Assembly: GCA_951406725.2 (NCBI GenBank)
Contig: OX597818.1
Coordinates: 47,306,001 to 47,370,000, forward strand
Length of the DNA stretch: 64,000 nt
Direction of reading: 5' to 3'
Source of the DNA: Octopus vulgaris
Taxonomy: Eukaryota
This document shows positions 25,201-39,000 of the stretch, piece by piece. Positions within the stretch are counted from its first letter, which is position 1, and each line of letters begins with the position of its first letter. The notes beneath the pieces are model-generated. The model was not told the DNA's origin, ran no database searches, and saw only the letters and a program-made list of their open reading frames with translations. The position numbers were made by a program, and so were the translations under genes.

Positions 25201-28200
25201 ACATGGCACCTTGGGCAAGTGTCTTCTACTATAGCCTCGAGCCAACCAAAGCATTGTGAGTGGATTTGGTAGACAGAAACTGAAAAAAGCCCGTCGTATA
25301 TATGTATGTGTGTATATATGTTTGTGTGTCTGTGTTTGTCCCCCCCCCCCCCAATATCGCTTGACAGCTGATGGTGGTGGGTTTATGTCCCCGTAACTTA
25401 GCGGTTCGGCAAAAGAGAGCGATAGAATAAGTACTAGGCTTACAAAGAATAAGTCCTGGGGTCAATTTGCTCAACTAAAGGCGGTGCTCCAGCATGGCCA
25501 CAGTCAAATGACTGAAACAAGTAAAAGAGTAAAAGAGTATATATACATATAGGCACACATAGACATTCGCACATTATTAAAGCTTATATCAATAAAACCT
25601 ATTAATTAAACACTTGGAAACCAACAAAATTTATTGCTTCTGGTGAATCAACAGTTATCGTAAAAGGATGTCACTGCAGCGACCGCTAATATCAGTTGTT
25701 GAAATTTATGAAGTAGGGAACATATACAAACTCGTAAGAGAGTTGAAGGATATATAGAAGGATATTGAAGGATATATATGTTTGAAGGATATAGAACAAG
25801 GCATAATCCACCAGATGTAAAAACAGCCAGGAAGTGAATGTAGAAGCAGAAACTGGTGACATCCTGTTTTAAACACTAAAATATGGTGGGAGCCACTCAA
25901 ATTGATCAGAAATGACTTGGGTTTTGGTTCGGATTGGCTCAGGCCTTTTTCAAGTATGATGCTTATAGTAAGTGTTCTCAACAAGGACAGATGATAAGAT
26001 AGGAGAACAAAGTTGAGAGAAAATATGTCGGAATGAAAGTGAAGTGCATCATGACTAAGTATTTTTATTCTTTCATCCTGTGATGTCTTACTATCACCTG
26101 CAAACTTGATAAGAGGAAATATATCCAAGAGTGATAAATGCAGATGCAAAATGGTAGGAATGTTGAAACATATTCTTCCAACTGTTCACTACCCAGAGAT
26201 ACAATCTGGTTCTTATGATCCTTTTCAATGCTGCAAAGAACCAAATTACTCAAATCAACGATGGCAAGAAACCTCAAAAGAAACCAGCCGTGGATTTCAT
26301 TGCTATTGTGCATTCAGAACAGCAGATCCATTCAAAGAAAAAGAAACTTCTTGTGAACAATGAAAAGTGGAATGGCTGATGGACAGTGGCTGCAGATTTA
26401 CCAGGGTGCCAAGGATTTTCCCCATTCCAATTACAAAGAAAATAGTAAATATAGTCAAGTTAATGGTTCCTCATGAAGATAACATGGATGCTGCTTAAAT
26501 TCAAAAGATCAACCGTTATGAATACCTCGAGGATTATGAAGACACAGGCTGGAAGGAAGATCATTATCCAATTGAAGTTGGATGTAGAGGATTCATTGAA
26601 AATGGTATGAGGTGATGGTTGTTGTTGCTAGGCCTAATGCAGTCTAAAGCAAATACCATCACAAATGATATCTAAGCTACAATGGTGAAGGCAAGCCATT
26701 GGATTTGGTTAAAAAGAGACAATGAGTAATAATAGCTAAAATATTGAGTGAAGTCTAGGAACCAGTTGATCTAACAAGTGATGCTGGTGCACAACAAGTC
26801 ATCAAGATGAAGGCCCTGAAATGGTGCACATACTCCCCTGAGGACCCCCTAAGCCTGCTAATGTCTGGTATGCAGAGCATTCAACTGGTAGCACTTGTAT
26901 CTGAACCTGGTGCAGCTTCACTGCTTACTAGCTCTGGTCAAACCAAACTGTCCAAACCATGCCAGAAAACCACCATTAAATGATGATGGTGAAAAACACA
27001 CACACACACTACCACCACCATCATCATCATTATCAATTAATGTTTTACATACTAGCATAGGTTGGACAGTTTGACCAGATCCAGTGAGCAACAGGATTGT
27101 GCCGTGCTCCATATCAGCTTTGACATGATCTCTATGGCTTGATGCCTTCCTAACACCAACCATTTTTGCACTTTGTACAGAGTGCTCCCCCCACTCATAC
27201 CATTGGCACTGGTGGGGTTGCCAAGTAACTTGCAAGACAGGAAAGAATAAGGGGTAAAAATGAAAATCCCTCTTAAAGGGAGAGAGTATTTGAGAAAGTG
27301 GGAAAGTTATATTTTATATATATATAATTATATGTAAAGGTGAAATCCAAGGATCCAGGAAGTTATTAAGCTTCAAGCAATCCATAGTAGAATGGAGGTG
27401 CAATGGCCCAGTGGTTAGGGCAGCAGACTTGCAGTTGGAGGATCACAGTTTCAATTCCCAGACCGGGCGTTGTGTGTGTTTATTGAGCGAAAACACCTAA
27501 AGCTCCACGAGGCTCTGACAGGGGTTGGTGGCGACCCCTGCTGTACTCTTTCGCCCCAACTTTCTCTCACTCTTTCTTCCTGTTTCTTGAGTAACGCTGC
27601 GATGGTCTGGCGTCCTGTTCAGCTGGAGGGAACACATACGCCAAAGAAACCAGGAAACTGGGCCCATGAGCCTGGCTAGGCTTGAAAAGGGCACATAAAT
27701 AAATAAAAAGATCCACAGTAGAAGATATAAAAAAAAACAACTTTCAGGAATAATAGTGGTTTATGGACGTAGAAGGTTCTTTTACTCTTTTACTTGTTTC
27801 AGTCATGACTGGATTCTCCTGCTTGTGTTGCATGGGGCAGAATCCTGTTGCCATCCTCTTCACCCAAGGCAGCACTACCTCCTCCAAGCACTTGATATAG
27901 AGCTCCAAGTTGAGTCTGAGGCCGTGTGGAAAGATGGAGGCATAACGTTGCCATCACTAGTGATCACTCCAAACATCATGATGTTGACTGGATGTTTGAT
28001 TTTTATCACTTTTGGTACATGTTTTGGGAACATGGCAAACTAACAATTGTTCTGTGTGTTCGCCATCTGATCCTGGCAGAAAATGTTCTCATCTGAGAAA
28101 AACCAAAGCATGTTCAGTTGGAGGGGACGCTTGAATTTGTTCAAAAGCTTTGTAGCATGGTCATTCCTCTTGTCTTTGATGGCTTTAGACAAAAATTGGC

Positions 28201-29741
28201 CCTTTCTCATCCCGTATAAGGAATACCGAAAGTCTTCATGCACTACCTGCCTGATAAAAAAACTCAGATACTCCCATGTCCCTGGCGATGGACCTGATTG
28301 ACTTAGAAGGATCATTGTCAACAATGGCCTGGATCTCACCAGCAAATTCAAGATTTCTTTTCTTAGAATGATCAGAGTGAGTTTACTGAGCTGCCATACC
28401 GTCATAATCACCATTAGACTCATCCAACTTTTACCAAAACCTCTGCACTGTCCACAGATTGACACCCAAACATGCTGAAATGCTTCCAGTGTAAATGCCA
28501 AGCAGTATAATATGTCATTTCCAAATTTCTTATTTTTTTACTGCCCACAAGGGGCTACACACAGAGGGGACAAACAAGGACAGACAAACGGATTAAGTCA
28601 ATTACATCGACCCCAGTGATTAACCGGTACTTATTTATCGACCCTGAAAGGATGAAAGGCAAAGTCAACCTCGGCAGAATTTGAACTCAGAATGCATCGG
28701 CAGACGAAATACCGCTAGACATTTCGCCTGGCGTGCTAACGTTTCTGCCAGCTTGTCATCATTTCCAAATTTCTGGCAGAGTGAATTGCATCATTATGAT
28801 GCTTTTTTGTTTTTTATCGCAGACAGTGTCCAACTGACCCTACTATACTGTGTAGTTGACAGAATCAAAAACAAACGATGCACATGCACAAAATTAAAAA
28901 TATAAAATAACGACAATTTACCCAATGCACCTTGTGTGTGTGTATGAGAGAGAGAGAGGAGCTTCTTTCAGTTTCTATCTAGCGAATCCACTCACAAGGC
29001 TTTGGTCAGCCCAAGAGCCTGTAATTGAAGACACTTGCCCAAGCTGCCATGCATAAAAATCCCAAGAATTTTCCTGATTGTATGAAATACCAACCTGAAA
29101 GATCAGCTGGTTTGTTTAAAGCTCTATCTGCGATGATTTCATCTCAACAATCGAAGGAGAAGGGCTTTCTCCGTCCGGGTTGCGAATCCGTGGAATAAGC
29201 TGCTGGACGAGATAGCAAAGATGCCGACAACCACTTGGTTCAAAGACTCTCTTGACCTGAAATGGCCTGAACTCTTTGGATGAACACCCTCCCTGTACAT
29301 AACTCCATGTCCCCCTACATGGCCTTGCTTTTGCTTTTTGCGCCAAAAAATTAACTTAAACTTAACTTAGATTGAGTCACAATTACATATCTTGTACCAT
29401 TTTGTTATGCAATGAAAGTTGTGTCCTGCGAAAAAATAATTTTTACTGTAACCATAATAAAATTCCTTTTTAATGATATTTTGAAATGAATCCTTGTTCT
29501 TTCTCTCTTCCAGTTCTTGGTATTCCTGGTCTTAATATTCCTGCTTGAAGTTGCTGGTGTAGCTTATTGCTGTGTTAAAAGAGAGGAGGTAAGGTTGCCT
29601 TTGTTTTTAGTTGTTCTCTTATTGGTGTTTTTATATATGTATGCACACACCCACATAGATACACCCACACAGATGCATACACACACAAACACATAGATTC
29701 ATATATACATATATATATATATATATCTATCTATCTATCTA

Positions 29742-29790
<49 letters not shown>

Positions 29791-30161
29791 CAACTATATC
29801 CAAATCACAATGTTTAGTGCTATAATATTTATACATATATATATATTAAAGTAGAGATAAAACCACTATAAGGCATATCAAACAGTGAAAAACATAAACC
29901 AAAACATAGAAATAAAATTAATTAATATAATATACAAAATATATAAAATTCAAAATTTGAATTATTTAAAATTTAAAAAAAAATTTTAAATTATTAATTT
30001 ATACTTATAAATTTATATATATATATATATTTTATTTTTTTATTATTTTTATTTTTATTTTTTATTTATTTAATTATATATTTATTTAAATAATTATTAA
30101 AATTTTTTTTTATTATATTAAATATATATAACTATCAAAAAGTATTAAAAAGTTTAATATA

Positions 30162-30204
<43 letters not shown>

Positions 30205-30252
30205 AACAGAAATTCACATGTACACACACACTCACACATCTATCTATCTATC

Positions 30253-30316
<64 letters not shown>

Positions 30317-30740
30317 ATATAAAATATTGTTTGTCATGCTCAAGTTCAACCTTGAATTTAATACTGTGCCCTGTCGTTCACCCTTACAACACCCATCATC
30401 TGCAATGATTGGGTAAAATAAGCCACCTCTTCGCACACCCCGCCCTGCAACTATTAACCTACTTTTGTCTTTATTGTTGTTATGTAGGCAGCATCAGTAG
30501 CAGCATGTCTCTCAACCCACCCTGCCCTGCTAATTCTATCACCACCTGCTCCGCCAACATCAACAACTATAATTTTTCCTGTGGGAAATGCATATCCACC
30601 ATTTCTATATCATTATAGAATATAAAAAAAAATATAATCCTTTGTTTTTTGCGAGCAGCATTTTTTGTTCTCTGCAGATTATATTTTTGTAAGGTGGAGG
30701 GCTGTTTTTTATTTTGTGTGTATGTATGTGTGTGTGTCTT

Positions 30741-30799
<59 letters not shown>

Positions 30800-32208
30800 T
30801 TCTCTCTCTCCTTCTCTTTCTCCCCCTCTCTCTCTTTCTCTCTCTCGTTCTCTTTCTTTCTTTCTCTCTTTCTTTCTCTCTCTCTCTTTCTCTCTCTCAT
30901 TCTCTCTGTCTTTCTCTCTCTCTCGCTCATTCTCTCTCTCTTTCTCTCTGTCTTTCTCTCTCTCTCATTCTCTCTCTCTTTCTTTCTTTCTCTCTCTCTT
31001 CATCATCATCATCATCATCTTTTAACATCCATTGTCCATGCTGGCATGGGTTGGACGGTTTGATCAGGGCTGGTAAGCTGAGGGGCTGAACCAAACTCCA
31101 GTCTGATTTCTCATGGTTTCTACAGCTGGATGCCTCTTCCTAACACCAACCATGGAAGAAAATTTTTTAATAACTACAACTATATCCAAATTACAATGTT
31201 TAGTGCTATAATTAACAATTATAGTTGTCATAATTTACAAATTTCAAGAGAACATTTTTTTTTTAATGTCAGTTCTTGAAGCAAATAAAGCTATAAACAA
31301 TTGTATCAGGCTGCTTATGGAATCTGAACCCACGTCTCCTGTACACATGACAGCATTCTACAAATGAACCAAAACACTCCTTTTAGTTTCTCTATTATAG
31401 AAGCTTTATTTTTACCAGCAACACTTGCACAGACAGCCTTAAACTTTTTCTATCCAAGGGTTTTATCAACCCAATATGTACATGCTATTAGTTATAGCTT
31501 TTTCTGCTTCAAGATCCACCGTTCCTATAAGGAATTTTGGTAATATTTAACTGTTGTGCCTATGCAAACAAATTTTGATTTTGCTCTTCACATATATCAT
31601 GGAATAAAGAAAAGGAGTGTTGGAAAGACAAAGGCTGCAGGGAAGGAACAAATACATTATTTGTAGTGATGGTGGAAGGGAGACTGGGAAGAGATAGAAG
31701 AGGAAAACGAAAATGGGAAAAGATGGAAAAGGGACAATTCAAGAATCCTTATGAAACTGCACAAGGCCGAGAGAAAAAAAAAATAGTACCAGGCAAAGGA
31801 ATTAGAGCATGATAAAACACTCCTCCAGGAAAAGCTTGTAGACAAAGTAATATTATATAATGTCCATGAAATATACTAAAAGCAAAGGGGACATTCTCCC
31901 TCTCTCTCTCTCTCTTGGAGAGGCACAGGCACCTACACACACATGTACAACATGGCAGTAACTTCCACCTACCAAATTCAATCACAAAGCTTCGGTCGGC
32001 TCGGGGCTATAGCAGAAGACACCTGCCCAAAGTGTCACGCGGTGGGACTGAACCCGAAACCATGTAGCTAGGAAGCAAGCTCCCTAACCACACAGCCATG
32101 CCCGTGCCTGTTTGTGGGAATAGCTGTCCCGCTGTATGGCACCTTAGGCAAGTGTCTACTAACTTATAGCCTGAGTGGATTTGATAAGTAGAAATTGAAA
32201 GAAGCCCA

Positions 32209-32245
<37 letters not shown>

Positions 32246-32579
32246 CACGTGTATCTTTGTGTTTGTTCCCCACTTTTGCTTGACAACTATTGTTGGTGTG
32301 TTTGTCTCTATAACTTAGCAGTTTGCAAAAACAGACTGATAGAGTAAGTCATTCATTCATTCATTTGGTTTTCATCATGCTTTACGACACATGAGGTGAC
32401 AGCAAGATCATCCCACCTTCTAACCCTGGGGTCAATTCATTTGACCAAAACCGATCAAGGCAGTGCCCCAGCATGGCTGAAGCAAATAGAAATAAAAGTC
32501 CTCTTTCCATTGTTCCTTGTCCTTCCATTATAATGATGCTTAGAGCATGGAATCTAGCAGACAGAAACTGAACAGTAGC

Positions 32580-32611
<32 letters not shown>

Positions 32612-32835
32612 CTGTACATGTGTGTGTGTTTATAGTTCCTGGAAGAAATTTAAGACTAAAGTTGACAGTCAGTCCATAATTATGTAGTATTTATTTATGA
32701 TTACTTTACATTTGTACAAGTGTTTGAAAAAAGAATACTGGTATGTTTAAACAACTGTAAGGTGTGTATGTATGTGTATATATTGGTATGTATTTGCATG
32801 CAAATGTGTGGGTGTTTGTATATAAAAATGTGCAT

Positions 32836-32887
<52 letters not shown>

Positions 32888-35776
32888 ACTCTAATTGGTT
32901 TGTGATAGGGAGATCATCTCGCTGTAGAAAGGAAAATTGGTCAGAAACTGGTTATACACAACAAAACTGGATGACTTACTCTCTCTCTCTCTCTCTTGCC
33001 TACTCTCTCTCTCTCACCCATCCACCCTCTCTCACTCACCATCTCTCTCTCTCTCTGTCACTCTCTCTCCCTGTCACTCTCTCTCTCTCTGTCACTCTCT
33101 CTCTCTGTCACTCTCTCTCTCTCTGTCACTCTCTCTCTCTGTCACTCTCTCTCTGTCTCTCTCTCTGTCACTCTCCCTCTCTCTGTCACTCTCCCTCTCT
33201 CTGTCACTCTCCCTCTCTCTGTCACTCTCTCTCTGTTACTCTTTCTCTCTGTCACTCTCTCTCTGTTACTCTTTCTCTCTGTCACTCTCTCTCTCTGTCA
33301 CTCTCTCTCTCTCTGTCACTCTTTCTCTCTGTCACTCTCTCTCTCTGTCACTCTTTCTCTCTGTTACTCTCTCTCTCTCTGTCACTCTCTCTCTCTGTCA
33401 CTCTCTCTCTCTGTCACTCTCTCTCTGTCACTCTCTCTCTCTGTCTCTCTCTCTCTCTCTCTGTCACTCTCTCTCTCTCTCTGTCACTCTCCCTCTCTCT
33501 GTCACTCTCTCTCTGTTACTCTTTCTCTCTGTCACTCTCTCTCTGTGTCACTCTCTCTCTCTGTCACTCTTTCTCTCTGTCACTCTCTCTCTCTCTCTGT
33601 TACTCTTTCTCTCTGTCACTCTCTCTCTGTCACTCTCTCTCTGTCACTCTCTCTCTCTGTCACTCTCTCTCTCTCTGTCACTCTCTCTCTGTCACTCTCT
33701 CTCTCTCTGTCACTCTTTCTCTCTGTCACTCTCTCTCTCTCTCTGTCACTATCTCTGTCACTCTCTCCCTCTGTCACTCTTTCTCTCTGTCACTCTTTCT
33801 CTCTGTCACTCTTTCTCTCTGTCACTCTTTCTCTCTGTTACTCTTTCTCTCTGTCACTCTTTCTCTCTCTCACTCTTTCTCTCTCTCACTCTTTCTCTCT
33901 CTCACTCTCTCTCTCACTCTCTCTCTCTGTCACTCTCTCTCTGTCACTCTCTCTGTCACTCTCTCTCTCTTTCACTCTTTTCTCTCTCTCTCTCTGTCAC
34001 TCTTCTCTCTGTCACTCTTTCTCTCTCTCACTCTTTCTCTCTCTCACTCTTTCTCTCTCTCACTCTTTCTCTCTCTCACTCTCTCTCTCACTCTCTCTCT
34101 CTGTCACTCTCTCTCTCTTTCACTCTTTCTCTCTGTCACTCTTTCTCTCTGTCACTCTTTCTCTCTGTCACTCTCTCACTCTGTCACTCTTTCTCTCTGT
34201 CACTCTCTCTCTCTCTGTCACTCTTTCTCTCTGTCACTCTCTCTCTCTGTCACTCTTTCACTCTCTCTGTCACTCTCTCTTCTTCTGTCACTCTCTCTCT
34301 CTCTCACTCACTCTCTCACTCTATCCCTTATTCCCTCTTTCTTGCTCACTCATTCGCATTCTCTCTCTCTCTCTCTCTCTCACACTTATTCTTATTCCCT
34401 CTCTCTCTCTCACTTACTCACTCACTCATTTTTATTCTCTCTCTCTTGCTCGCTCACTCTCTTATTCCTTTTCTCACTCGCTCACTCTTTTATTCTCACT
34501 CTCTCGCTCACTCTCTCATTCCCTCTCTCTTGCTCATCACTCACTCTTTTATTTTCTCTATCTCTCTCTCGCTCACTCACTCACTGTCTCTCATTCTCTC
34601 ACCATCTCACTCACTATAAATAAATACCAGTTACGCACTGGGGTCAATATTATCAACCTAATCTGTTTTTCTTTCCTTGTTTGTCCTGTCTATGTGTAGC
34701 CCCTTGTGGGCAGTAAAGAAATAAGAAACATTAGCATTTTGGGCAAAATGCTTTGCAGTATTTCGTCTGTCTTTACATTCTGAGTTCAAATTCCGCCATG
34801 GTCGACTTTGCCTTTCATCCTTTTGGTGTCGATAAATTAAGTACCAGTTGCATACTGGGGTCAATCTAATTGACTGCCCCCCTTCTCAAAAATTTTGGGC
34901 CTTGTGCCTAGAGTAGAAAAGTTCTGTGCTGGCATGGGCTGGATGGCGTTACTGACAGGATGACGGGTCCAAGGACTGCATTATGCTTTTGCATTTGCTT
35001 TAGCATGGTTTCTGTGTCTTCTTCTTGTCTTGAGACAGCATTCACCCGGGGTGGGTTGAGCTGGCTTCATTCATCCTCAATGCTGCATCTCTCACAAACG
35101 CTGACCAGACCTGGCAATTTGAGGCTAACAACCACGTGATCTCCAACCACTCCTTATTCCAGCGGCGAACACCATAGATATGGGGGGGGGCCTAGGTTGG
35201 GTTCCAGATCGGCCTTGACTGTCATCAGCCAGGTTTTTCATTGTCCACCACATTGCTTTCGCCAACCCTGGGTTGGTTTCTGTGTGTGTTGCCATCACTA
35301 TTGAGGCTGCTGTGCAATTTGCAGAACTGCAAACCCCAAGGGGGTGGTGGGTTTATGCTAGGAGATTTGAGGTCAGAGTATGAAAGAAATGGGGGGGGAG
35401 AACAAGTTTCTTGCTGTAGAGGAGATACATGGCTACTCCCATTAAGGGAAGATGAGAATAATCGGGTGGGGCTAGAGAGAGATGAAATAGTAGTAATGAG
35501 GTATTCGGGTGCATATAGCAACAGGTTTAACAAATCTATCTAACAGCAAATAAAACAGATGCAGTGATACATATAACAAAGTATATTTGCAACACGAGCA
35601 ATTTATTTTCAGCCTTAGAACAACACTGCTGCATGACTTGAACTACTGACTTGACTTCTATATACATACATCTATATTCACATGTTTATACACACTGTAC
35701 ATGCAGGCACATGCACTAAGCTACTCCATTTATAACTGTTTCTAATACACAGCGCAACTATGCATTCCTGAACATA

Positions 35777-35811
<35 letters not shown>

Positions 35812-35866
35812 TATATACACACACACACATATATATACACACACACATATATATATACACACACAC

Positions 35867-35908
<42 letters not shown>

Positions 35909-35955
35909 ACACACACACATATATATATACATATATATATATACACACACACATA

Positions 35956-36004
<49 letters not shown>

Positions 36005-39000
36005 TGCAGTTTAGATGAGATGCAGTTTGGGTTCGTGCCAGGGAAAAGTACCACTGATGCTATATTCCTGGTAAGGCAGCTGCAGGAGAAATACCTAGCC
36101 AAAGATAAGCCCCTGTACCTGGCTTTCGTTGACATGGAGAAAGCTTTTGATAGGGTCCCCCGATCCCTTATCTGGTGGTCAATGAGGAAACTAGGGATAG
36201 ATGAATGGCTGGTGAGGACTGTGCAAGCCATGTACAGAGATGCCGTAAGTAAGGTTAGGGTTGGCAACATGTACACAGAAGAATTCAAAGTAGAGGTTGG
36301 GGTCCACCAGGGTTCAGTACTCAGCCCCCTCCTATTTATCATAGTACTCCAGGCAATTACGGAGGAATTCAAGACAGGCTGTCCCTGGGAGCTCCTCTAC
36401 GCTGACGACCTGCTCTTATTGCTGAGTCACTATCAGAACTGGAGGAGAAGTTCCAGGTGTGGAAGGAGGGTTTAGAATCAAGGGGCCTTAGAGTCAACCT
36501 AGCTAAAACCAAAGTACTAATAAGTAGAAAGGTAGACAATCCACAAATATCTTCAGGAAGATGGCCCTGCTCGATCTGTAGAAAAGGTGTAGGTAGAAAC
36601 TCTATAAGATGTACCCAGTGTAAGCTATGGATACATAAGAGGTGCAGCAATGTCAAAGGTAGGCTAACTGGGAAGATAGTTTTTGTATGTGGCAGATGCT
36701 CGGGAGCATTAACCTCCGAAAATCTGCAGAAAACAACTTCCGTCACTTTCCAGGGGGAAAAACTAGAAGTAGTTGATAGCTTCCGCTATCTAGGTGACCA
36801 AGTCAGTAGTGGGGGTGGGTGCGCTGAAAGTGTAACTGCTAGAATAAGAATAGCCTGGGCAAAGTTTAGGGAGCTCTTACCTCTGCTGGTGACTAAAGGC
36901 CTCTCGCTCAGAGTAAAAGGCAGACTGTATGATGCGTGTGTACGAACAGCCATGCTACATGGCAGCGAAACATGGGCCGTGACTGCTGAGGACATGCGTA
37001 AGCTCGTGAGGAATGAAGCCAGTATGCTCCGATGGATGTGTAATGTCAGTGTACATACTCGACAGAGCGTTAGCACCTTGAGAGAAATGTTGTACCTAAG
37101 AAGCATCAGTTGTGGCGTGCAAGAGAAACGATTGCGCTGGTATGGTCATGTGGCGAGAATGGATGAAGATAGGTGTGTGAGAAAGTGCCAATCCCTAGCA
37201 GTTGAGGGAACCCGTGGAAGAGGTAGACCCAGGAAAACCTGGGACGAGGTGGTGAAGCACGACCTTCGAACTTTAGGCCTCACTGAGGAAATGACCAGAG
37301 ACTGAGACCTTTGGAAATATTCTGTACGTGAGAAGACCAGGCAGGACAAGTGAGCCCAGCCCACTTATGAATGCCTTTCCTCCCTTGGACACAAAGACCG
37401 GTTGAGGCAAGCGAAGTCGATATAGAACCTCATCCGACGACAGACACCCATGCCAACCCCCCATGCTTGCGAAGACATGTTGGGGCAAGCGAAATCGAAA
37501 TCGAAACCGAATTGAACCAGCCAGGATCCCTGGCCTGGTGGTACGTAAAAAGCACTATCCGACTCGTGGCCGTGGCACGTAAAATACTCCAATGCGACCG
37601 TACGACAGGCACCCATGCCAACCCCCTTTGCTTGTGAAGACATGTTGGGGCAAGCGAAATCGAAATCGAATTGAACCAGCCAGGATCCCTGGTCTGATGG
37701 TACGTAAAAAGCACTATCCGACTCGTGGCCGTGGCACGTAAAATACTCCAATGCGACCGTACGACAGGCACCCTTGCCAACCCCCTTTGCTTGTGAAGAC
37801 ATGTTGGGGCAAGCGAAATCGAAATCGAATTGAACCAGCCAGGATCCCTGGTCTGGTGGTACGTAAAAAGCACTATCCGACTCGTGGCCGATGCCAGCAC
37901 CGCCTCGACTGGCTTCCGTGCCGGTGGCACATAAAATACACCAATCTGACCGTGGCCGTTGCCAGCCCCGCCTGGCACCTGTGCAGGTGGCACGTAAAAA
38001 GCACCCACTACACTCACGGAGTGGTTGGCGTTAGGAAGGGCATCCAGCTGTAGAAACATTGCCAAATTAGACTGGAGCCTGGTGCAGCCTTCTGGCTTCA
38101 CAGATCCCCGGTCGAACCGTCCAACCCATGCTAGCATGGAGAACGGACGTTAAACGACGATGATGATGATGATGATATGCAACATGCAGGTACACATGCA
38201 AACTCAACACATACATGCATGCACGATGCAAGTAACATACACAGCACATGCAACCTGTGTGCAACATATATGTAGTATGCACATACATGCAACCCATACA
38301 TGCTTACAAGCATACAACATATACAAACGTTCACATGTGTGTACTTACACACCATGCAAACACACATGCACAGAAGCTCCACAGAAGCATGCACTCACAG
38401 CTTACGAATGTACATACATAACAAGCATCCATGCATGCATGAACAAAGAACAAATTAGTATATTAGATGTGCTATGTAAAAAGGTGTCACATATATATAA
38501 ATGGCGGTGCCCCAGCATGGCCACAGCTCGTGAGGTGAAACTAGATGAAATAAAAAAAATGAAAAGAAAAAAATCTGTATATTGATATATATTTTCCCTG
38601 TTTTACTTTGAAGATCCTACCCTAATATCAATTTCTTTGTATTTATTTAAATGATACATTCTTTATTTTTTTCTGCTGTTATTGCCTCTGAGATATACAT
38701 TTCCTTTTTGATGTATTTTTATCATTCTATGTAAATGAATTGTAAATATTGTAAATATATGGACTGATATGTTGGTATTCTAGAATATCTGCAACTGACA
38801 ATATTAAAATCCTGAAAACCAAACAGAAATAAAGGACTTCATTGCTGGAATTTTCAAACAGCAATTTGAATTTGATTGATCTTGTTTATCCATGTGGCTT
38901 CGGAAATATTAACACTTTTATTTTTTTGTCCATAGAAAGTGACCTAATTACAAATTACAAAAAAATGCTATCTTTTAATTTTTAACAGTTGTCAATACAA

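Noticed and set aside
32764-34699. 560-619 aa ORFs
   Set aside because: Open in all three frames only because (CT)n lacks stop codons.
37365-38137. Minus-strand ORFs of 145 and 235 aa
   Set aside because: Antisense to the repeated LINE 3' UTR; no recognisable domain.
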